Part shown: positions 29,888 through 39,746 of the stretch, in pieces
Numbering within the stretch: the stretch's first letter is position 1
Layout: each line of letters starts with the position of its first letter
Made by a program: the position numbers and the translations under genes
The notes under the pieces: model-generated
Databases searched by the model: none
The model's input: the letters and a program-made list of their open reading frames with translations, nothing else
What the model was told of the DNA's origin: nothing
Source: Tenericutes bacterium ADurb.Bin087
GTDB taxonomy: Bacteria; Bacillota_I; Bacilli_A; RFN20; CAG-826
Direction: 5' to 3'
Length of the DNA: 64,000 nucleotides
Assembly: GCA_002070905.1 (NCBI GenBank)
Contig: MWEF01000003.1
Coordinates: 11,216-75,215 of the forward strand

Positions 29888-31102
29888 TTATTTATTTAAT
29901 TCTGCTTTTACTTTACTGATAAAATTACGGGCGTAAAGTCTTGTATCGTCGAACTCCTTTTCACTCGGTTTTAAGCGCACTTTAAAGCCTTCATCAATAA
30001 TCTTAAAGCGCAGTTCACTAGCTCTATTCATATAATTACGGATCGCTTCCCCGCTCCAACCAAAACTACCAAAAGCACTAAAATATTTACCATAACCCAT
30101 AACAGGATTAAGACTATTTAACACGTCATAGATTGGTTTAATCCCGTCACCGACGAATGTTGGGGAGGCAACAAGGAGCGCATCGCTTTCTTCAATCCGT
30201 GTCACAATTGTCGCTAGGTCATCATTTGGAACTTCAAAAACATGCACTAAAGCAGCAGCTTTTAAAAGTTCATCAACAACGACATCTTTCATGCTTTTTG
30301 TATACCCATAAGCACTAGCAAAGACAACGGTAACTGTTAATTTATCGCTTTTATGCACTGTTGACCATTTAATATACTTATCAACCGCCCAATCTACTGC
30401 TTCTTTTGTATCTAAAATATAACCATGACTATTTAAAACCATACTTACATCTAAGCTTTTTAAAGTCGCGACACTCTTAAGCGCATCATTTTTAAATGGG
30501 GCCATAATCGCATCGTAATATAGTTTAATTTCTTCTTCAATAATCTGTTTGTTTTTTTCCTGACTATAGCGTAATTGTGGTGGGGCAATGTGTTGCCCTA
30601 AAAAATCACACGTAAAGGCAATCGCGTTTAGTGGGTCATGCGTAATTATCGTATCAGGCCAATGCACATTTGGCACAGGGTGAAAGAATAAGCTTTGCCG
30701 CTCACTCAGTTTTAATTCTTGTTTAGGACGGACGACATTACTTTTAAAGGAAGCATTGTTAATTTCTTTTAAATTAGCCATCGCCATAAATGAACCATAT
30801 ACTTCAATATTAGGATTGAGCGCTAATAGGGCGGGAATCGCTCCGCTATGATCAGGTTCAGTATGTTGCACAACTAAGTACTTTATATCTTCAATCGCGA
30901 CTAATGAACGAATGTTGTCTAACCACTTAGCGGTAAATTGGGCCTTAACTCCGTCAATAATCGTGACGCCCCCTTCTTCTTTAATTAAATATGAGTTATA
31001 CGTTGACCCGTGTTTTGTCTCCATCATAATATCGAAAACACGAAGTCCTTTATCACTAACTCCAATTGAATAAACATTATTTTTTACATTAAATACTTGC
31101 AT
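29888..31102 (-). CDS. Flavodiiron protein (FprA-type: metallo-beta-lactamase-like plus flavodoxin domain)
   Basis: 404 aa. Di-iron ligand motif VVQHTEPDHSG plus a C-terminal flavodoxin-like domain. The ATG directly abuts the ribF stop. Confidence 0.85.
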   Translation of the reverse strand: MQVFNVKNNVYSIGVSDKGLRVFDIMMETKHGSTYNSYLIKEEGGVTIIDGVKAQFTAKWLDNIRSLVAIEDIKYLVVQHTEPDHSGAIPALLALNPNIEVYGSFMAMANLKEINNASFKSNVVRPKQELKLSERQSLFFHPVPNVHWPDTIITHDPLNAIAFTCDFLGQHIAPPQLRYSQEKNKQIIEEEIKLYYDAIMAPFKNDALKSVATLKSLDVSMVLNSHGYILDTKEAVDWAVDKYIKWSTVHKSDKLTVTVVFASAYGYTKSMKDVVVDELLKAAALVHVFEVPNDDLATIVTRIEESDALLVASPTFVGDGIKPIYDVLNSLNPVMGYGKYFSAFGSFGWSGEAIRNYMNRASELRFKIIDEGFKVRLKPSEKEFDDTRLYARNFISKVKAELNK

Positions 31103-32023
31103 TTAAAATGTTCCTCTCTTTATCTTTAATTCACAATTTTCACGATCCTTTTTAAGTTGCATAATTAATTCGTCAACACTGGCAAATTTAACTTCTGGTC
31201 GTAAGTAATCAATAAATTCAACAACAAGCACATCGTGATAAATACTATCATTAAAATCAAATATATTTACCTCTAAAAGCGGGACCTTAACTTTGTTAAC
31301 CGTTGGATGATAACCAAGACTAGCCATCCCAAAGTAATCTTTATCCTTAAACTTAACACGCACAAAGTAAACACCATGTGCGGGTACAAAATAAGACGGA
31401 TCAAGCGCAATATTCGCTGTTGGAAAGCCTAATTTATTGCCTAAACCATAACCCTTAGTCACTAGTCCCGCTAATGTATAATAACGCCCAAGTAATGAGC
31501 GCGCAACAGCAGGTTTTCCCGCTAATAAGAGTTCTTTAATTAATGATGTACTGACTTTAGTTTCTTCGTAATATAGTGGTTTTAAGAGTGTTGTTACAAA
31601 ATAGTTGTGGCCAAATTTGGCTAAATCTTCACCCGTCCCCTTTGCGCCCGCTCCAAAGCGAAAATCAGTGCCAACAATAACTTCGCTTGGCGCTAAAGGC
31701 ACTAGCACCGCACTAACAAAGGCACGTGGTTCAAGTTTTAATAATTCTTCATCAAGATTTAATAAATACACACTTTGGACCCCAAGTTCTGCAAAGATTT
31801 TTATTCGGTCTTCTAATGTTGTTAAGACACCACTTTTTTGATGCGCTTTAGTCATTTTTTTATTCGTATAAATGAGTAAAACAGCGACATTTTCGTGGTG
31901 CATTTTACCATGAGTAATTAAATAACGATGCCCAGCATGTACCCCGTCAAACGTGCCAAGTACTAAGGCAGTATTTGGGTCTAACGCTTTGATATTTTTT
32001 AAATCTAAGTGTTTTGCAATCAT
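31103..32023 (-). CDS. ribF: Bifunctional riboflavin kinase / FMN adenylyltransferase
   Basis: 306 aa, LGTFDGVHAGHRYL and a C-terminal riboflavin kinase domain (GFPTANI). Overlaps truB by 4 nt. Confidence 0.9.
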   Translation of the reverse strand: MIAKHLDLKNIKALDPNTALVLGTFDGVHAGHRYLITHGKMHHENVAVLLIYTNKKMTKAHQKSGVLTTLEDRIKIFAELGVQSVYLLNLDEELLKLEPRAFVSAVLVPLAPSEVIVGTDFRFGAGAKGTGEDLAKFGHNYFVTTLLKPLYYEETKVSTSLIKELLLAGKPAVARSLLGRYYTLAGLVTKGYGLGNKLGFPTANIALDPSYFVPAHGVYFVRVKFKDKDYFGMASLGYHPTVNKVKVPLLEVNIFDFNDSIYHDVLVVEFIDYLRPEVKFASVDELIMQLKKDRENCELKIKRGTF

Positions 32024-32877
32024 AAATTAAATCCTCGTAGTGGTATATAATTATCGCCTTTTTTCTTATATAATGCTTGCAAAACGCCATTCATATCATG
32101 AATTTGGACAATTTCTTCGCTAGCGTCTAACTTAATAGTCATCCCATTTCGCACTTTTTTTACTTCTTCGTCACTTACTCTATAAAATGGAAAGCGAGAT
32201 AGCGCCTTGCTTGGGCTAATCATATCAGCTAGGGTAACGTCTTCAATTCGTTTTGCATTGTCAAGTTTAAAATCACCATGTGCTGTGCGCACTAATTTGA
32301 TTGTTGTCGCATTTGTCCCTAATGCTTGCGCAATATCTTGGCCAAGCGTTCTGATATATGTTCCCTTACTAACGGTTGCGGCAATTACTAACTCTGGATG
32401 ACTATAGGCAAGTACTTTAAGACTAAACACTTCAACTTCGCGTTTAGGCATTACTACTTCAACATTTCGTCTAGCGTACTCATACGCTCTTTTCCCATCA
32501 ATTTTAATCGCACTCGTAGTTGGTGGAATTTGTGTTATTTGGCCCGTGAAGCGTGTGATAACTTTTTCGATTTCGGCATTTGTAAAAGGCTCAACGCTCT
32601 CGTCTTTTAGCACTTTACCATCAGGATCTAAAGTTGTTGTTAAAAGTCCAAATTGTAATGTTGCGACATAAGTTTTTGGATCGTCTTCAAGAAATGGTAA
32701 AACTTTAGTTCCTTCACCAAGCGCAAAGATTAGTAAGCCCGTGGCAAAGGGATCAAGCGTTCCTAAATGGCCAACTTTTTTAATGTTAAGTTGGCGTGCA
32801 AGCATGTTACCAACTTTACGACTCGTGTAACCTTCCGCTTTATTGATGAGTAAAATACCACTTTTTTCGTTATTCAT
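32020..32877 (-). CDS. truB: tRNA pseudouridine(55) synthase
   Basis: 285 aa, GILLINKAEGYTS...VGHLGTLDPFATGLL, canonical TruB. Confidence 0.93.
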   Translation of the reverse strand: MNNEKSGILLINKAEGYTSRKVGNMLARQLNIKKVGHLGTLDPFATGLLIFALGEGTKVLPFLEDDPKTYVATLQFGLLTTTLDPDGKVLKDESVEPFTNAEIEKVITRFTGQITQIPPTTSAIKIDGKRAYEYARRNVEVVMPKREVEVFSLKVLAYSHPELVIAATVSKGTYIRTLGQDIAQALGTNATTIKLVRTAHGDFKLDNAKRIEDVTLADMISPSKALSRFPFYRVSDEEVKKVRNGMTIKLDASEEIVQIHDMNGVLQALYKKKGDNYIPLRGFNL

Positions 32878-32918
32878 AATCTTTTATATTATAATATAAA
32901 GCGATAGGTTTTTAGACA

Positions 32919-34115
32919 ATGAAACATTTTCGTGAATTACTCGCCAAGATTAAAAAAGCTGATGAATTATTTAATCTTATTCAAGACGGCGATAAAATTG
33001 TGATCGGCATCAGCGGTGGTAAAGATTCAATCGTGCTTTTTACCGCACTCAATACATATAAACGTTATAGTCAAAAAACATTTACGCTATATCCAGTAAT
33101 TTTAGACTTGGGCTTTACGCCGTTTGACGCGAGTGCATATATTGCGTTCTTTAACAATCAAGGCTATGACTTAATCGTTAATGATTCCCGTGATGTCGCT
33201 AAAATTTTAGAAATCCAACAAACAAAACAAGGCTTAGCAAAATTACCATGTTCAATTTGTTCACGGATGAAAAAAGCGGCGATTAATGAAGTCGCACATA
33301 AATTAGGGGCCAATAAAGTCGCCTTTGCCCATCATATTGATGATGCGCTTGAAACACTTTTTATGAATATGGTTAGCGGCGGTCGCATCGCTACTTTTAG
33401 CCCGCAAATGTATCTTGAACGCGCCGAAATCACCTTTATTCGCCCGCTGATTCTCAGTGATGAAAAGCTCATAACTCGTGTCCAAAAAGACTTAAAATTA
33501 CCACTACTTGTAAATAATTGTCCTAATGAAAAAAAGACACGACGCGAAGACATCAAACATGTCCTTAAATCAATTTATAAAGACTATCCAGAAGCAAAAA
33601 GTAACTTTGAATTAATGCTCCTTAACGATAAGGAACTTGACTTATGGTTTAAAGACTATGCAACACTTTTAAACGATGATTACGTCATTGTTAAAGTGAC
33701 AACGCCTGCCCAATTTAATGATGTTGCCTATATTCGTTATAAAGTGTTCGTTGAAGAACAAAAAATTAAACCAGAGGATGAATATGATGCGCATGAATTT
33801 GATTACACTAGTCTCGTGCTTTATGTCAATAAAGAAAAAGCGGCAACGATTCGTTATAAATATGATGCCAAAGAAAGAATGGCATATTTAGGACGGATAG
33901 CTGTTTTAAAAGCGTATCGTGGTCGTCAATTAGGCAGCACTTTAATTAGTTACGTTGAACAAATTTTAAGCGTTAAATACCGGCCACTGACTTTCCATAT
34001 TGGGGGTCAAAGTCATTTGTTGAAATATTACGAAAACTTAGGTTATACGCGCATTGGTGAACCTTACATTGACGCAGAAATCTTACACTATCATTTCATT
34101 AAAAAAATTAATTAA
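32919..34115 (+). CDS. TtcA/PP-loop family tRNA thiolation-type ATPase fused to a C-terminal GNAT acetyltransferase
   Basis: 398 aa. PP-loop SGGKDS (32-37). Cys111-x2-Cys114 plus Cys201, a TtcA-type Fe-S ligand pattern. Residues ~255-398 are GNAT-like (LGRIAVLKAYRGRQLGSTLI). Confidence 0.8.
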   Translation: MKHFRELLAKIKKADELFNLIQDGDKIVIGISGGKDSIVLFTALNTYKRYSQKTFTLYPVILDLGFTPFDASAYIAFFNNQGYDLIVNDSRDVAKILEIQQTKQGLAKLPCSICSRMKKAAINEVAHKLGANKVAFAHHIDDALETLFMNMVSGGRIATFSPQMYLERAEITFIRPLILSDEKLITRVQKDLKLPLLVNNCPNEKKTRREDIKHVLKSIYKDYPEAKSNFELMLLNDKELDLWFKDYATLLNDDYVIVKVTTPAQFNDVAYIRYKVFVEEQKIKPEDEYDAHEFDYTSLVLYVNKEKAATIRYKYDAKERMAYLGRIAVLKAYRGRQLGSTLISYVEQILSVKYRPLTFHIGGQSHLLKYYENLGYTRIGEPYIDAEILHYHFIKKIN

Positions 34116-34164
34116 AATGGACGTTTTACGTAAAAAAATACATTTATTCGCTTATAATTAGTTT

Positions 34165-34731
34165 TTAATTAGTGAATCCAATTGAATACATTAAGGATAA
34201 GATAATAAATGCAGCAAGAGCCGCGAGAATAATAAAGTTAAAATAATAAAGCGTATGCGCTTTTTTGGTAAAAATAGTCAACGACAGTATTCCATAAATG
34301 ATGGCAAAAATACTAGTGCCAACCGCTAGGAAGCTTGGGACAATTGTATAGCGAATACTAAGTTGCCAAATATTTTTAAAAGTATAGATACGCTCAGGTG
34401 CTTCTTGGCCAATGGGTACTGGATAAACATATTCATAACTACCAAAAACCGGCACTATTGAAAACACTAAAAAGATAAATGCAAGTGAAAGCATTACGAG
34501 CAACATTGTATTGTTCTTTTTTTTGAAAGGTTTAGGCAACATTTGATTATTTGGTTCTGTTATCGACATACGTTCATTTTGGGAAGGAAAAACGACATCC
34601 GTTAATTGTGTCGCTGCTAAGCGTTGTTCTTTGTCTTTTTGTTCTATTTTTTCACCAAATGTCATAAGGGTTTTCTTCGTGTGTTTTAAGTGTATCATAA
34701 TCATTCTATTTCGTAACGCGAAAAGTATCAT
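34165..34731 (-). CDS. Hypothetical membrane protein (3-4 TM helices); start uncertain
   Basis: The ORF has a hydrophilic N-terminus followed by hydrophobic helices. Alternative ATG at 34665. No recognisable family. Confidence 0.5.
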   Translation of the reverse strand: MILFALRNRMIMIHLKHTKKTLMTFGEKIEQKDKEQRLAATQLTDVVFPSQNERMSITEPNNQMLPKPFKKKNNTMLLVMLSLAFIFLVFSIVPVFGSYEYVYPVPIGQEAPERIYTFKNIWQLSIRYTIVPSFLAVGTSIFAIIYGILSLTIFTKKAHTLYYFNFIILAALAAFIILSLMYSIGFTN

Positions 34732-34755
34732 ATTTCCAATTTATCATTTTAATTT

Positions 34756-34781
34756 TAAAAAAGACCCTTATAATCGGGTCA
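34756..34781 (-). terminator. Rho-independent terminator after rbfA (end of the nusA-infB operon)
   Basis: The minus strand reads GACCC-GATTATAA-GGGTC followed by T6. Confidence 0.6.
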
Positions 34782-34803
34782 ATTTTAATAGTTTTAAACA
34801 AAT

Positions 34804-35145
34804 TTATTTTTTAGTGCGCTTTAAGATTTCGTCTAATTTCGCGACTCTTTCGAAAGTGTCATCATATACAAAGCGTAGTTCGGGTGTCTTTCTAATATTC
34901 ATCTTTTGCGCTAATTCGTGACGAATAAACCCGCTAGCGTTATTTAAGATTTCCATCTTAGCGTGAACATCACCATCACCAAGAAATGAAATATACACTT
35001 TAGCGTAACTATAGTCACGCGTTAGTTCGACAGCACTAACAGTCGCAAGTCCTAATGAAGGATCTTTTACTTTGTAACTAATAATTTCACTTAAGTAGCG
35101 AAGCATTAATGATTCATTACGTGATAAATTACGGCTTTTAGGCAT
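34804..35145 (-). CDS. rbfA: Ribosome-binding factor A
   Basis: 113 aa, typical RbfA. Overlaps the infB stop. Confidence 0.93.
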   Translation of the reverse strand: MPKSRNLSRNESLMLRYLSEIISYKVKDPSLGLATVSAVELTRDYSYAKVYISFLGDGDVHAKMEILNNASGFIRHELAQKMNIRKTPELRFVYDDTFERVAKLDEILKRTKK

Positions 35146-36964
35146 TTTTTACCTCCACCATCGCGTAACCTTCAATAATGTCACCTTCTTTAATATCGTT
35201 ATAATTAAGGAGAGTCATCCCGCATTCATAGCCGGCTTTTGTTTCGCGAATATCATCTTTAATCCGTTTCATCGTGGCGACTTCACCTTCATAAATAATG
35301 ACACCATCACGTAATAATCGCACTGTTTGCCCACGGCGAATAACGCCACTAAGTGTATAACACCCAGCAATTGTACCAATTTTTGAAGCATGCCACGTCG
35401 CCCGTACTTCAGCTTGACCCGTAACTTTTTCTTCAACTTCCGGCTTAAGCATCCCGCGTAAAGCTTGTTCGGTTTGTTCAAGTAAAGCATAAATGACACG
35501 ATGTAGATGAATTTCAATTTTTAGCCGTTCGGCAAGGTCACGAACTTGATTATTGGGGCGAATATTAAAGCCAAAGATGACAGCGTTACTCGCACTGGCA
35601 AGTAATACGTCGCTTTCGGTGATTTGGCCCGCACTAGCGCGAATAATATTTAAACGCACACCATCAACATTAATCTTTTCTAAACTGCCCCGCACCGCTT
35701 CCGCACTACCGCTGTTATCGGCTTTAATAATGACGTTAAGGACAATTGTTTCCCCTTCGGCAATTTGTTTGTGAAGGTCACTAAGTTTTAGCCCCTCACT
35801 ACTACCGCGACTTTCTTCAATACGGATTTGTTTGCGTTTCGTCGCTAGTTCTTTTGCTTCTCTTTCGGTTTCAAAAGCGATGAAATTATCACCAGCTTCA
35901 GGCACTTCATCAAGTCCTATAATCGCCACTGGTGTCGCGGGGCCAGCGCTCTTTAACGCCTTATTATGTTCATTTGTCATCCGCCGCACTTTACCATAAG
36001 CCGCCCCCGCAACGACAAAATCACGATTTGTTAATGTTCCATTTTGAATTAAAAGGGTCGCTTTTGGTCCTTCGCCGCGTTCAAGTCGTGCTTCAAGGAC
36101 TGTACCATAACCATAACGTTTCGGATTTGCCTCTAATTCAAGCATTTCGGCGGTAACAAGAATAGCATCAAGCAATTCTTCAATACCAGTGCCTTTTTTA
36201 GCGGAAATTGGTTGGAAAATTACATCCCCACCAAATTCTTCAGCAATAACGTTTTGCGCTAAAAGTTCATTTTTAACTTTGGCAATATCCGCTTGTGGTT
36301 TATCCATTTTATTAACCGCGACAATAATTGGCACTTCCGCTGCCCGCGCGTGGTCAATTGCTTCAATAGTTTGCGGCATGACCCCATCATCCGCCGCGAC
36401 AACTAAAATAACAATATCGGTTACTTTGGTCCCGCGACTACGCATCGCGGTAAAGGCCTCGTGGCCTGGAGTGTCAATAAAGGTAATTTTCTTGCCGTGA
36501 ATTTCTTTTTGATAAGCACCAATCGCTTGGGTAATGCTACCTGCTTCCCCACTGACGATTGATGAATTACGAATTGTGTCAATTAATGTTGTTTTCCCAT
36601 GATCAACATGACCCATAATCGTGACAACTGGTGGCCGTGGTTTAAGGTCTTTCGGATCATCGACAATATGGGCAAAACCAAAGTCACAGTCATCATCAAC
36701 TTCTTCTTTAAAATCATAGTCAAAATTAAAATCAAGACATAATTCGGCAATTGTTTCAGGACTTAAGACGTTATTAATCGTGACCATCTGTCCTTTCATA
36801 AATAAATTTTTAATAATTTGTGCCTCACTAAGCTTTAAAAGACGGGCTAAATCGCTTACTTTGATTGGGCCTTGATAAATAAGTTTTCTCCCCTCAACAA
36901 AAGGGCCACTTTGTTTTTTACTGTGGTGCGCAACGTTACTGATGCGTTTTTTTTCATTACTCAT
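35138..36964 (-). CDS. infB: Translation initiation factor IF-2 (short N-terminal region)
   Basis: 608 aa, [18 protein letters not shown] and NKMD. Confidence 0.97.
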   Translation of the reverse strand: MSNEKKRISNVAHHSKKQSGPFVEGRKLIYQGPIKVSDLARLLKLSEAQIIKNLFMKGQMVTINNVLSPETIAELCLDFNFDYDFKEEVDDDCDFGFAHIVDDPKDLKPRPPVVTIMGHVDHGKTTLIDTIRNSSIVSGEAGSITQAIGAYQKEIHGKKITFIDTPGHEAFTAMRSRGTKVTDIVILVVAADDGVMPQTIEAIDHARAAEVPIIVAVNKMDKPQADIAKVKNELLAQNVIAEEFGGDVIFQPISAKKGTGIEELLDAILVTAEMLELEANPKRYGYGTVLEARLERGEGPKATLLIQNGTLTNRDFVVAGAAYGKVRRMTNEHNKALKSAGPATPVAIIGLDEVPEAGDNFIAFETEREAKELATKRKQIRIEESRGSSEGLKLSDLHKQIAEGETIVLNVIIKADNSGSAEAVRGSLEKINVDGVRLNIIRASAGQITESDVLLASASNAVIFGFNIRPNNQVRDLAERLKIEIHLHRVIYALLEQTEQALRGMLKPEVEEKVTGQAEVRATWHASKIGTIAGCYTLSGVIRRGQTVRLLRDGVIIYEGEVATMKRIKDDIRETKAGYECGMTLLNYNDIKEGDIIEGYAMVEVKNA

Positions 36965-37271
36965 TTCCGTTACCTTCTTTCATTAGATTTGCGATTTTGT
37001 GGGCGCTTTCGTGGTTAGTGACAATTAACACTTTAATTGTTTTACCAGGATAAAGCATTGACATGATGTTCGCAGGGACATCAAATTGGGTGATGTTATG
37101 CGCTAAAGTGAAGTTATTCACCTTAGTCTTTGTATACTCGCTAAGATCATCACTTGTTAATACAAGCGCGATTTTATGAGCGTTAGCGGCGCTTAAGTAA
37201 TCAGCGCCGAAGCGATAGTGACCGCTTCTTTTTAGGAGATGAAGGAAGGAAGTTAGTTCGTTACGCATCAA
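36957..37271 (-). CDS. ylxQ: L7Ae-family RNA-binding protein YlxQ
   Basis: 104 aa, located between ylxR and infB as in Bacillota. Confidence 0.8.
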   Translation of the reverse strand: MMRNELTSFLHLLKRSGHYRFGADYLSAANAHKIALVLTSDDLSEYTKTKVNNFTLAHNITQFDVPANIMSMLYPGKTIKVLIVTNHESAHKIANLMKEGNGNE

Positions 37272-37518
37272 CTTCCTCTAAAAGTTTTAAGTATAGCGCG
37301 GGATCAACTTCAATGTTAAGTGCGTGGCTTAAGGCATTTTTCTTTTGCGCAAGAAGAATCGCATCCCTGCGCCGCACAAGATAAGCGCCTCGACCATTAA
37401 CTTTCCCCGTCGCATCAATTACCACTCGCCCATCTGGTGTTCTTACCACACGAATAAGATCACGTTTTTCGTGACTTTCATGGGTAACAATACAACGACG
37501 AACGATAACTTTCTTCAT
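37261..37518 (-). CDS. ylxR: YlxR/RnpM family (DUF448) RNA-binding protein
   Basis: 85 aa, RRCIVTHE...GRGAYL motif. Located downstream of nusA. Confidence 0.85.
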   Translation of the reverse strand: MKKVIVRRCIVTHESHEKRDLIRVVRTPDGRVVIDATGKVNGRGAYLVRRRDAILLAQKKNALSHALNIEVDPALYLKLLEEVDA

Positions 37519-37530
37519 TTAAGGACTCCT

Positions 37531-39198
37531 TTAATTGTCGTAATATTCGTCAAAGTCTTCAAAGTCAAGATCATCATCTTCATAAACTTCTTCAACTTCA
37601 GCATCAAGCTCTGCAAGCTCTTCTTCCGTATAAATATCCATTTTTGGACCAGTCGGTAGCGTTGGTTCTTCGACTTCTGGTTGTTTAATTTCTTGTTTAG
37701 TGCGTGGCCGACGATCTTCACGTTTTTGTTGCACTTGCTCTTTTTCTTCTTTTTCTTTGGCAAGTTCAGCTTCTAAATCGGCAAGTGAAATCGTTGTTTT
37801 AACTTTTTGTACCACTGGTTCTTTCTTTTCTTCCTTTATTTCAGGAGTAACGACTTTTGGTGTTTCGACGACCTTTTCTTCATCTTTAAAAGCATCTTCA
37901 TACTCTAAGTCATCAATATTAAGGGCGTTAACTTCTTCTTCAAGTAAACTTTTTTGTTCAGCGGCGCGTTGCGCAATTTCTTCCGCACGGGCAAGTTCAC
38001 GTAAAATACGTTCACGGGTGCGTTCTTGTTCGGCAAGTCTTTCTTCGTACTCAATATCAGCCTTCGTTAAGAATTCAAGGCCTTGTTCATTAGCTTCATT
38101 AATATCAAGAATCGCTAATTCATAGCCTGTTAATTTGCTTGCTAAGCGAATATTTGCGCCTTTATGGCCAAAGGCTTTCCCTTTTTCTTCTTCACTAAAG
38201 ACGACTTGTGCTTTTTTATGGGTCGGATCAATTTTTAACCCAAGTGGTACTGCGGGCCTAAATGATTCAATAATAAAGAGCGCTTCATTTTTAACCCACG
38301 GAATAATATCAATCTTTTCTTTGCGGCCATCAGGACCAAGTTCAGCGGTAATCTTTTGAATCCGGCTCGCGTTTGGACCAATACATGCCCCAATTGGATC
38401 AACATTGGGATCAAGACTTTCAACAGCGACTTTAACGCGTTCCCCTTCTTCACGAACGATATCATGAATGAGGATTGTGCCATCGTATATTTCATGAATT
38501 TCCCGTTCCATCAGTCGTTTAACGAAGTTTGGATGGCTGCGTGAGATAATAATATTCGCGCCTTTTGTGCCACTGACAACGTCAACGATATAGAAGTTTA
38601 ATTCTTGACCAGCTTTAAAAACTTCACCAGGAATCGCGTGGCGGCCACGTTCATCAAAGAAGACACTGGTAATCCCTAGTAAATTAATATATGTAATCCG
38701 TTCATTCTTTTCAACAGTCCCTTTCACAAGTTCACCAATTTTATCTTTAAATAAGTTAAAGAGTTGCTCTTTTTCAAGTTCAATTAATTGATGACGGAAA
38801 TTATGGGCAACATTACTTGAAAGTTTTGTGCTAAAGTCGCTTAGGAAAGCACGCTCAACGACGACTAATTCACCGACTTTGGCATCCGCGTCATGTTCTT
38901 TCGCTACTTCTAAACATATTTCAAGAGCATCGTCTTCAATATCGTCATCATGCGCGACGACACGCTTAAGCAGCCTAGCTTCAAAGTCAAACATTTCTTC
39001 ATTCACAACGACTTCAACATGGACATCGTCACCACCCTTTTGCCGGGCGACAACATTTTGCACCGCTCGCATAAACACATTCAGGACAACTTCTTCCTTT
39101 AAGTTATGCTTTTCGGCGACTTCACGGAACATTTCTTTCATGGCAAGGAAGCGTTCTTCAAGTCTTTTCATTTTTGCTTTTGTTAATTTTGTACTCAT
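37531..39198 (-). CDS. nusA: Transcription termination/antitermination factor NusA with a long acidic C-terminal extension
   Basis: 555 aa. The NTD, S1 and KH1-KH2 core spans ~1-345. It is followed by ~200 aa of E/K/D-rich low complexity. Confidence 0.95.
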   Translation of the reverse strand: MSTKLTKAKMKRLEERFLAMKEMFREVAEKHNLKEEVVLNVFMRAVQNVVARQKGGDDVHVEVVVNEEMFDFEARLLKRVVAHDDDIEDDALEICLEVAKEHDADAKVGELVVVERAFLSDFSTKLSSNVAHNFRHQLIELEKEQLFNLFKDKIGELVKGTVEKNERITYINLLGITSVFFDERGRHAIPGEVFKAGQELNFYIVDVVSGTKGANIIISRSHPNFVKRLMEREIHEIYDGTILIHDIVREEGERVKVAVESLDPNVDPIGACIGPNASRIQKITAELGPDGRKEKIDIIPWVKNEALFIIESFRPAVPLGLKIDPTHKKAQVVFSEEEKGKAFGHKGANIRLASKLTGYELAILDINEANEQGLEFLTKADIEYEERLAEQERTRERILRELARAEEIAQRAAEQKSLLEEEVNALNIDDLEYEDAFKDEEKVVETPKVVTPEIKEEKKEPVVQKVKTTISLADLEAELAKEKEEKEQVQQKREDRRPRTKQEIKQPEVEEPTLPTGPKMDIYTEEELAELDAEVEEVYEDDDLDFEDFDEYYDN

Positions 39199-39212
39199 TT
39201 TTGTAATCCTCT

Positions 39213-39668
39213 TTAATATTTCACGGCGCGATTTATTTGTTTAATTTGTTCGAGCGCGTAAGTTTCTTTTTTATTGCGTCCTTTGACGTTATAACTAATC
39301 GTCAGTTCACTTTCACTAACGGCTTCAAGATTACCTTTGACAGTATTTGGGGCTTTAACCCCATCTTTCATTGTTAGTTTAATATATAAGCCTAGATAAG
39401 CACCTATTTCAGCTTTCGCTATTTCTTTTTCCGCACCCGTCGTCGTAATGTCAAGCGTGAAACTATCTTCATCATACTCATCAAGGAGTGCGTCTATTGC
39501 TTCACTAATAAGGACGATTTCATCAAGACTAATAATGTGCTGATATTTATCGACGATAATCCGCAAGAAGCGGGTCCCTTCTTCGACTAAAAAGCGCATG
39601 CTCACTAACCGAAATCCCTTCTTTCGTAGTAACTCTTCAACTTGTGGTTGTAATAAGTTTAAATCCAT
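39213..39668 (-). CDS. rimP: Ribosome maturation factor RimP
   Basis: Start trimmed to ATG 39668 (AGGAGG SD; MDLNLLQPQVEELL...). The ORF-track start is a TTG inside the leader hairpin region. Confidence 0.9.
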   Translation of the reverse strand: MDLNLLQPQVEELLRKKGFRLVSMRFLVEEGTRFLRIIVDKYQHIISLDEIVLISEAIDALLDEYDEDSFTLDITTTGAEKEIAKAEIGAYLGLYIKLTMKDGVKAPNTVKGNLEAVSESELTISYNVKGRNKKETYALEQIKQINRAVKY

Positions 39669-39678
39669 AATCCTCCTG

Positions 39679-39706
39679 CAAAACAAAGAGTGGGCGTACC
39701 CACTCT
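39679..39706 (-). promoter_or_regulatory. Terminator-like hairpin in the rimP-nusA leader (candidate attenuator)
   Basis: The minus strand reads AGAGTGGG-TACG-CCCACTCT (8 bp) followed by TTGTTTTG, then AGGAGG and ATG. Confidence 0.55.
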
Positions 39707-39746
39707 CTAGAGTTTGAATTAATTTGTAAGTAGAACTTACAGCACT

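Noticed and set aside
37515-39244. Several ORFs overlapping nusA: 37515..37763 (K-rich), 37700..38125 and 38828..39244 (S-rich), 38135..38359, 38235..38495
   Set aside because: They are alternative-frame or antisense readings of the repetitive E/K-rich NusA coding sequence. NusA itself is unambiguous.
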